Positions 56,134 to 64,000 of a stretch of 64,000 nt of DNA are shown here, piece by piece; position 1 is the first letter of the stretch, and every line of letters begins with the position of its first letter. Under the pieces are notes generated by a model. The model searched no databases and was not told the origin of the DNA. It was given only the letters and a program-made list of their open reading frames with translations. The DNA comes from Ministeria vibrans ATCC 50519 (Eukaryota; Protista; Filasterea), in assembly GCA_943704425.1 (NCBI GenBank), contig CALSCP010002426.1:1-64000 (forward strand). The letters run 5' to 3'. The position numbers were made by a program, and so were the translations under genes.

Positions 56134-57598
56134 CTCTGTCTACTTGTTTTTTTCTCTTTCTTTTTCACTGTAGACGCACCAGAGCCAACCGAAACGGAAC
56201 TACGCAAGTGCCGTTGTGGTGGTGAAGCGCCAGACTGAAATGAAGTCGCAGCCGTCGTCGCCAGGCCACCAAGCGCCACCATTTGTCCCACAATTTACAC
56301 CATCAGCCACGACTAAATCTAGTGCATTGCCTGTACATTCATCGACTGGTGGCGCGTCTGCACCGATAGCAGGCACGGCTAACAAACTGATTGCAGAGGC
56401 GGCCGCGCGAGCACGCGCTGATGCCAATTCCGAGGCGACCGAAGGCGCCCTCGATCTGAAGGCCGACGACTGGTCAAGTGTGATGCCCGATGTTTCCAAA
56501 GGGGGCACTTATGCGCCCTGGTCGTCATCCGATCCAAAGCTCGATGCGGGTGGTCAAGTGTATGAGCCGTATCGCGCGCAAGTCGAACAGCCTTTTCAAG
56601 CACTCAAGAAGAAACGCACGCGCAACAAGGTCAAGGCTGAAGGTGGTCAAGCTATGGTGAAAGCTCAAGCTTCTAGCCAGCTGACTCAGGGACAAGCGAC
56701 TCGATCGGCTGCTAGGATCAAAACGAAGACGACCGTTGTTGAAAACAGTCATGGTGGTGGTGGTGGTGGTGGTGGTGGTAGTGGTGGTGGTGGTAGTCAT
56801 GAGTGGATCCAAGTAGCGCGAGCTGGCAAGACTGCGAGTAAGGGTGCTTCATCGTCGTCAGCATCATTTGCCCCCTCCAGCACCACAGGCACACGTTCCA
56901 CCACGACGGCCACACTCGTTGAGACACGAGCGCGACCTTTTGTTTCCGTGTCGTCTGAGCCTCGTGTCATGCTGCGCCCACGCGAGACCTACTCGACCGA
57001 CTCGCTTGTGTCCAATTCATCGAATGCACGCTACTTTGTCATCAAGTCGTTCAGCGAGGACGACGTGCACAAGTCCATCAAGTATGGTATGTGGGCGAGC
57101 ACAGAGCAAGGTAACCGCCGTCTGAACCAGGCTTATGTCGAGCAGGCGCGCGACCAGGCGCCCCTCTACTTGCTCTTCAGTGTCAACAAGAGTGGTCACT
57201 TTTGCGGTGTGGCCGAAATGACCTCCGAGGTGGACTACGCGACTGACCAGCACGTGTGGGCATCGTCGGGCAAGTTCAAGGGCACATTTACAGTGCACTG
57301 GATCACCGTCAAGGACCTGCCCAACGGTGCACTCAAGAACATCATCAACCCGTGGAACGACAACAAGCCCGTCTTCATTGCGCGCGACGCCACTGAACTT
57401 CCTCCGCAGTGCGGTCGCGACTTCCTTCGCATCTTCCAGCAGCACCGCATCACCCAGTCGCTCTTCGACGATTTCTCTTTCTACGACAGTCGTGAGCCTC
57501 AGATCGTCGCTGGTGAGCTTAGCGACTATATTCCCAAGAAGAAGCAGAAGGGCAAGCCATCTGCTGCCGCTGCTCCTGCTTCTCCTTCCTCCATCTGA
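55464..57598 (+). CDS. YTHDF-type m6A reader
   Basis: RYFVIKSFSEDDVHKSIKYGMWAST..GNRRL; LLFSVNKSGHFCGVAEM; VKDLPN; NDNKPV..RD; SLFDDFSFYD; low-complexity N-terminus. Upstream exons at 55464 and ~55532-55643. Confidence 0.93.
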
Positions 57599-57902
57599 TG
57601 ACTAGCGTTGTCAGAATATATTTGTGTTTGCCCCCCTCTTCGTTTCAGTACACCGTATACTATATTATTTTCATTAACCACGACAAAATAACCTGTTGAG
57701 TATCAACTCGCAAGGGTGTTTGTTCAAAGTTGGAAATTCGCTAATGAGAACAATCATAGCAATAACAATAAATCACAATGCAATAAGAAGGAAAGAACAG
57801 TCAATACAAGTCCGACGTCTTGTTACTTGGGTATCAGAGGTGTACAAAGGTTGTTTCATTCAGGTATGTATGTATGCGGGGAGGAGGGGATACGAGGCAG
57901 GG

Positions 57903-58729
57903 TCAGACGTAGATGCCGGCGGTGAGGAAGAGGAAGAGACTGCCAAAGCCAAGGAAGACCGAGGAGAGGACGGCCAGGGGAAGCTCCTTGGCAATGCTAC
58001 GGCTCTTCGTTGTCGTCTCATACCTACAGCAAGCGCACAGGAAAATGTGTGTTATGGCAGCAGGACGGGCAGACGGTCGCTTACACGAAGAAGGAGCCCA
58101 TGAACACAATGCCGCTCACCATCAGGATGAGGGCGAGGAAGGGGAAGAGAGCCTCGCTCACCAGCGGTGCAAAGGGTGTGTCAGTCTGGAACCAGAAGAG
58201 TGCGGTGCGAGGCGTGAGTATGGGAGCGGTGGGTGTCACAGTCAGAGAGCGAGAGAGAGAGAGACAATGGAAAGCAAAAAAAAAAAAAAAAAAAAAANNN
58301 NNNNNNNTCCACGCAGGCATACCGCCAGAGACAGCAATGAGTCGGCCGGTGCGCAAAAAAAAAATGAAAAGAGCGAAAGCAAAGTAGCACAGTGGACGAG
58401 AGGCATGGCACATGGTGGTTAAGGCATGTGTTCAGACGGTGGTATTGAGAGCATGGCTGATTGAGGGAAGAATCGTTGAGATGTTTGGGTGGAAAAGAAT
58501 AAAAAAAAGGTCAGCGGTTGCCACTGACACGTGGCAGAGCCGTTTTAGAGCACGCCGTCGCTCGCATGCTCAGGTACAGCTATCACAAGAGGGTATCCCG
58601 CGCCAATATTTGCAAGAAAGGCACCACGAAGGCCAAGGCGGTTCGGCAATCATCAATGCAAGATCGCCTCTGCATTTCACTGGCACTTGGCACTGGACAC
58701 ACTATGCACGCATCCGCTACACATACCAT
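57903..58729 (-). CDS. TMEM258: Oligosaccharyltransferase subunit TMEM258/OST5
   Basis: M/TDTPFAPLVSEALFPFLALIL..FFV/YETTTKSRSIAKEL..SSVFLGFGSLFLFLTAGIYV*. The first coding exon is ATG only. Confidence 0.92.
58561..58662 (-). ncRNA. Candidate intronic box C/D snoRNA
   Basis: Minus strand reads cttgcat-TGATGA...CTGA-gc-atgcgag: C box, D box and a 7-bp terminal stem, ~100 nt, inside TMEM258 intron 1. Confidence 0.6.
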
Positions 58730-58851
58730 GTCAAACGAGCAAGGCTGAAGAAACGACTAATTCCTATTTTGTGCGGAATCATTCAATTTTCAATTTTTAA
58801 AAACAAGGATCAAACTTTTTTGATCGTTTTGATTCTGTGCCACGTCTAAGA

Positions 58852-59695
58852 ATGGTAAGGAGCAAGAGAGAGCGAGTGATCGAAGGGAAAGACGGCAGCA
58901 TTGAAGCGCATTGTGTGTTTCTTGCAGGCATCTCTTCCTCCTCTTCTACCGTCGACGCGTCCCAAGGACGTCATGCCTGTTGCGGTACGTACATGGACAG
59001 ACAACGAGGTGTCATGTCTACACCCATCTAACCTCTCTCGTTTTTTCTCCCTTTCCTATTTCCATTGGCATTTCGTTTTTTTTGTTCACGAACAAAATGT
59101 CGTCTGACGCGCAGAACGCACACCACGACACTCTTCGACTAGGGTTCCAGAACCCACAGGGGTCTTTGGCGCATGTTCATCCCATGGAAGCAGTGCAGGA
59201 AGGGGTACGTCGGCCGGATGTGCTCGCCAGAGACGTTTTCCGTGCAACAGTCGCACACGTATAACAATTGTTTTGCTGTGTAGCAATTTGAGAATCAACT
59301 TCAAATGCGACTGGGGATTTCAGAGCGTGCGCAAGGTGCGTCTGTGCGCACACGAATTGAGGTACGAAGGATGCGGTTGAGAGGGACGTGCACAGCTGAG
59401 GCTTGCACTGAGTAGATGGAGCGCGCCATTCTGTGTCGGGTCCAGCGGCCACCCGTACTGCACAGCAGCCGTCTTGGGTTGGAGGCAGTCCTTGGCGTCG
59501 ATGAGGACATTGGTTTCGACGACATTCTCAACGGTACCGCGACAAAACGACCTCCCCCCTACAAAAAAAAAACAATGTTTCTCATTACATTTCCGTTCAT
59601 GTATCTGTTGATTCATGGTAGACCCGCGTGAGGCGGTGCGCGTTGGCTCGTTTCATGCGATGATGGAGAAACGCCAGTTTGGAAAGCCCTTGTAA
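58852..59695 (+). CDS. POMP: Proteasome maturation factor POMP/Ump1
   Basis: HDTLRLG..HPME; RIEMERAIL..QRPPVLHSSRLGLEAVLGVDEDIGFDDILN/DP..HAMMEK. The first coding exon appears to be ATG only; alternative start at 59097. Confidence 0.92.
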
Positions 59696-59984
59696 ATTGT
59701 ATAATCAAACACTACGTAGCGGGAGACGACTTCCCTGCAGACAGACTTGGCCGCCTTAGAGTTATTACGTATTGAGGTGCTCCTACTGCCCTGCTCATGT
59801 CTTAGAGTTGTCAGATGAGAGTTTGAGCGATAGTTGCTTAACAGTGGTATACTGCTTTATTACTTCAAGGTTACCACTTTTTTATCGTTTATCTTATTAA
59901 TTTCTTGATTTTCCTTGAAGAATAAGATTAAGACCAAGATCAACAATAACTTTTTTTTTTCTGCTTGCTTTACAACTGATTGGT

Positions 59985-62517
59985 ATGCTGCTACAACTTG
60001 TTGCTATTGTTGCACACTTGTTTGTACACGCAACGGCAGTGAGCCTGTCTGACTTCTCGATTGTTTCGGTCCACAATGAGGAGCGTACGCAACACTGAGA
60101 ACTCACTCGCTCTCTCGCTCACTCAGTCGCTTTCTCGTTTGCCCAGTTGCATCATTCGAGTCAAACCTCCTTCCGGTACTGGTGACCGACTTCAATGGTG
60201 ACGCGTATGCCGACTACTTTGTCGAGTCGACCTTTGCGAAGAACTTGCTGGGCGGCAGTCGCATTGGCCTCCAGCGCCTCTTTGATCCGCTGCCGCTCGC
60301 TGTGGACACGACGCAAGACGATGCATCATCTGACCAGAACAGCGTCGAGTCTGTGCATGACCCGTTCAAGGCGTCTCTGGCCGCGACTGGCGACGTCAAT
60401 GGCGACGATGCCCTCGACTTGGTCCTGCTGTCGCCCACGCTGCTCTATGTCCTGATCAATGCCGGTGGGGGCGACCGCTTTGTGCGCAGCACCGTCGCCT
60501 CGTTGGACCCGTCCGATTTGGTCCACTCGATCGCGTTAGGCTATGTCAACGACGACCGTCGCTTGGACATTGTCGTGGTGTCCCGTCGACGCATCCAACG
60601 CTTCCTTCAAACGCCAGTAAGGCCATTGCGCATCTCATCTGCATATAAATGTCTGCTCACGACTGGTTGTTGTTCATTGTTCATTGTGGTTGCAGGAGGG
60701 CACTTTTGACATGGAGTCTGCTGAGCTCACGATGGAGTGTGTTTCAGGGGTGATGAGGTACAACGCCGAAGCTCTTTTTGAACTTTTGAACTTTTGAAGC
60801 GGTCTTGATACAAATGGATGGTTTGTGTAGGGATCTCGATGGTGATGGCAGCGCGGAAATTGTGATTGTCAGTGCAGAAGGAAACGTGATAGTCTTGGGA
60901 GCCGAGAGTGGGAGGGCACGGGAGGAATGGGAGGCATTGCAAGTAGGGGATGGGAATGAGACGCGTGAGTGGCGAGTGGTGCTGGGCGATGCCAATGGCG
61001 ACGGACGAGACGACCTCTGTGTGCTTGGTGGAGGTTCACCTGTCGTCTACATTGCTCGGCCACTTAATCATGAGTCGTCTCGTTGGCACGAGCCCATTTC
61101 AGGTAGTTTGAGAGAGGATTTAGAAAGAAATGCAGAGTGACAGAGAGAAACAGAGTGACAGAGAGAAACAAAGTGATAGAGGAGAGAGAGGATAAAGAAA
61201 CACAGTGGTAGAGAGAGAAAAAAAAAACAAAGTGATAGAAGGATTTCAGCACTAACTCATGTTTGACCAGCCGTGACAACATTGGACGGGTCTCCAGCTC
61301 TGTGTGCGTTGGGTTCATTGGCAGACATGGACAATGACGGTCTTGCTGACTTGCTGTGTGCGTCACCGTTGGGCGCACTCCGCCTCTTTCTCACTGTCAC
61401 TCCCGATCCCCTTGAAACGTACCCGACTCATTGATTATTCTTCTGGGCTTTTTATCGCTCTTGTTCATGCATTCTTCTCTCTCTCTATCACGTTGTTTCT
61501 TTCCTTCTCATTTCTGTCTCTCACACGCACTGTGTAGTAAGAGTTTTTCGTTTGTGGAGCGCTCTCAGGCGCACACACTAAGTGGACTGCACGATCGCGT
61601 TCTGGGCGTGTTTCCCGTCGACTTTGACAACGACGTATGCGCACGCAAGTAGAAAAATGTACCAACCTTACTCATAAATATATATATATATGTATGTGTT
61701 GCAGGGAAACATGGACGTGATTGTGGGCTCGAGTGGACGAGAGGGTCCTTTGGTGCTTCACGGCGACGGCCAGGAGCCAAGTGGAGAGGCGCTAATGCGC
61801 AACCATGTGCGGGTGCGTCTGCGCGGGGGAGGCGCACTGGGCTCGCGAGTCACTGTGCACCAGTGGGATCCGCTGCTGGGCGACCATGCAATGGGCAGTG
61901 TCCTTGCATCAGTGGTATGTGGAGGTGTGAGTGGGGTTGTGCGAGCCGTGTGCTGACTTTTTTCGTAGAGCTATCCTGGGTATGGTATTAGTGTGGGGAT
62001 TGGCACGCGCACGAGTGTGTGTGTGGAGGTTCTGTGGAGTGGGTCACGGGTGCGCGAGTACTTTGTTGGTGTGTGGCACAACTCACAGGTGGAGTGGACG
62101 GAGGGCGAAGGGCGGAAGACGGTTGTGGGATGGGCGGAGGCAGAGCAGGTGGAGGGGAAGGAAGAAGAGGAGAGCAAGGCGGAGGAGGAGAAGGATGAGT
62201 GGGAGACGGTGGGGGGCGGAGATGCACAGCAGCAGACGGAGTCGTCAAGGGTGAAGGAGACGGCACGAAGCCGAAGTAAGATGGAGGATATGCAGGCGCG
62301 CACCCAGGAGAGGGAGAGCACGCGACCGCCGCATGTGCCGGCACGGTGGGAAGACGACGATGATGACGAGAGTGTTGATGATGGGGACCGTGGCAGTGGC
62401 GATGTTGAAGATGATGAGGATGTAAGTGTGTTTGGGGGCAGTACGCTGGACTCTGACTCGTCTGCTTTTGCGGGTCTGGCTGCGCCAAGACGCAGACACT
62501 CCGACGCAGACTTGTGA
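59985..62517 (+). CDS. Secreted FG-GAP beta-propeller protein with ASPIC/UnbV-like domain (CRTAC1-like) and acidic tail
   Basis: Signal peptide; seven Ca-binding loops DFNGDAYAD, DVNGDDALD, YVNDDRRLD, DLDGDGSAE, DANGDGRDD, DMDNDGLAD, DFDNDGNMD; then NHVRVRLRG..ALGSRVTV..GIG..VEVLWSG. Confidence 0.75.
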
Positions 62518-62593
62518 CTTCTGTTTGTGATTGTATGTGCATGTGTGTACAGAGAAAGGATTCATTACATTACAAGCGCGAAAGAGAGTGCTG

Positions 62594-63822
<1,229 letters not shown>

Positions 63823-63828
63823 AATGTA

Positions 63829-64000
63829 CTAGAAAATGTCACCGAGCGTCGTGTCGTTGCTGTAGAACTGAGTGAGGCGTTGTTGTTGAGAAGTCAACGA
63901 AGAAGAAAAAGAAGAAGACGAAGACGAAGACGCGGAGGAGGTGGTGATGGTGGTGGTGGTGGGACCAAAGATGGAGCCGATGGGTGCGCCGGGATGAGTG
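63829..64000 (-). CDS. Probable 3' end of an upstream gene (Ser/Thr-rich, ends ...TQFYSNDTTLGDIF*)
   Basis: Frame open for 56 codons from the window edge to a TAG at 63829-63831. Confidence 0.45.
   Translation of the reverse strand, partial: THPGAPIGSIFGPTTTTITTSSASSSSSSSFSSSLTSQQQRLTQFYSNDTTLGDIF

Noticed and set aside
59700-59885. Hairpin agtggta...taccact plus T-run downstream of POMP as an ncRNA or terminator
   Set aside because: Short stem with no recognisable boxes or family; not distinguishable from chance.

Overview
Eukaryotic genomic DNA: gene-dense, with short GT-AG introns that often contain (CT)n, (CA)n or (AAT)n microsatellites, and four N-gaps. About 28 protein-coding genes can be reconstructed by splicing the ORF track. 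The gene set points to a unicellular holozoan (filasterean-, choanoflagellate- or ichthyosporean-like; inference). Animal-type genes: CBP/p300, PAXIP1/PTIP, PDCD4, TBC1D7, CYP39A1, NELF-B, MRPS22, a Scribble/Erbin-type LRR+LAPSD protein, a PDZD8-like protein and a Kizuna-like protein. Genes usually called fungal: a Gti1/Pac2 (WOPR) transcription factor and a probable DASH/Dam1 subunit Dad3. Most notable observations: a PDZ-less LAP polarity protein; the WOPR factor; a PDZ-less PDZD8 with an unsplit C2 domain; CBP with a duplicated N-terminal TAZ domain; a CHHC variant of a DHHC acyltransferase; an intronic C/D snoRNA; a possible bicistronic or readthrough junction at the right edge; two dispersed microsatellite-associated motifs; and a ~6 kb block (42.06-48.3 kb) that appears mis-assembled inside MRPS22. 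Family calls rest on motif recognition from memory, not database searches. Exon boundaries are manual and approximate.
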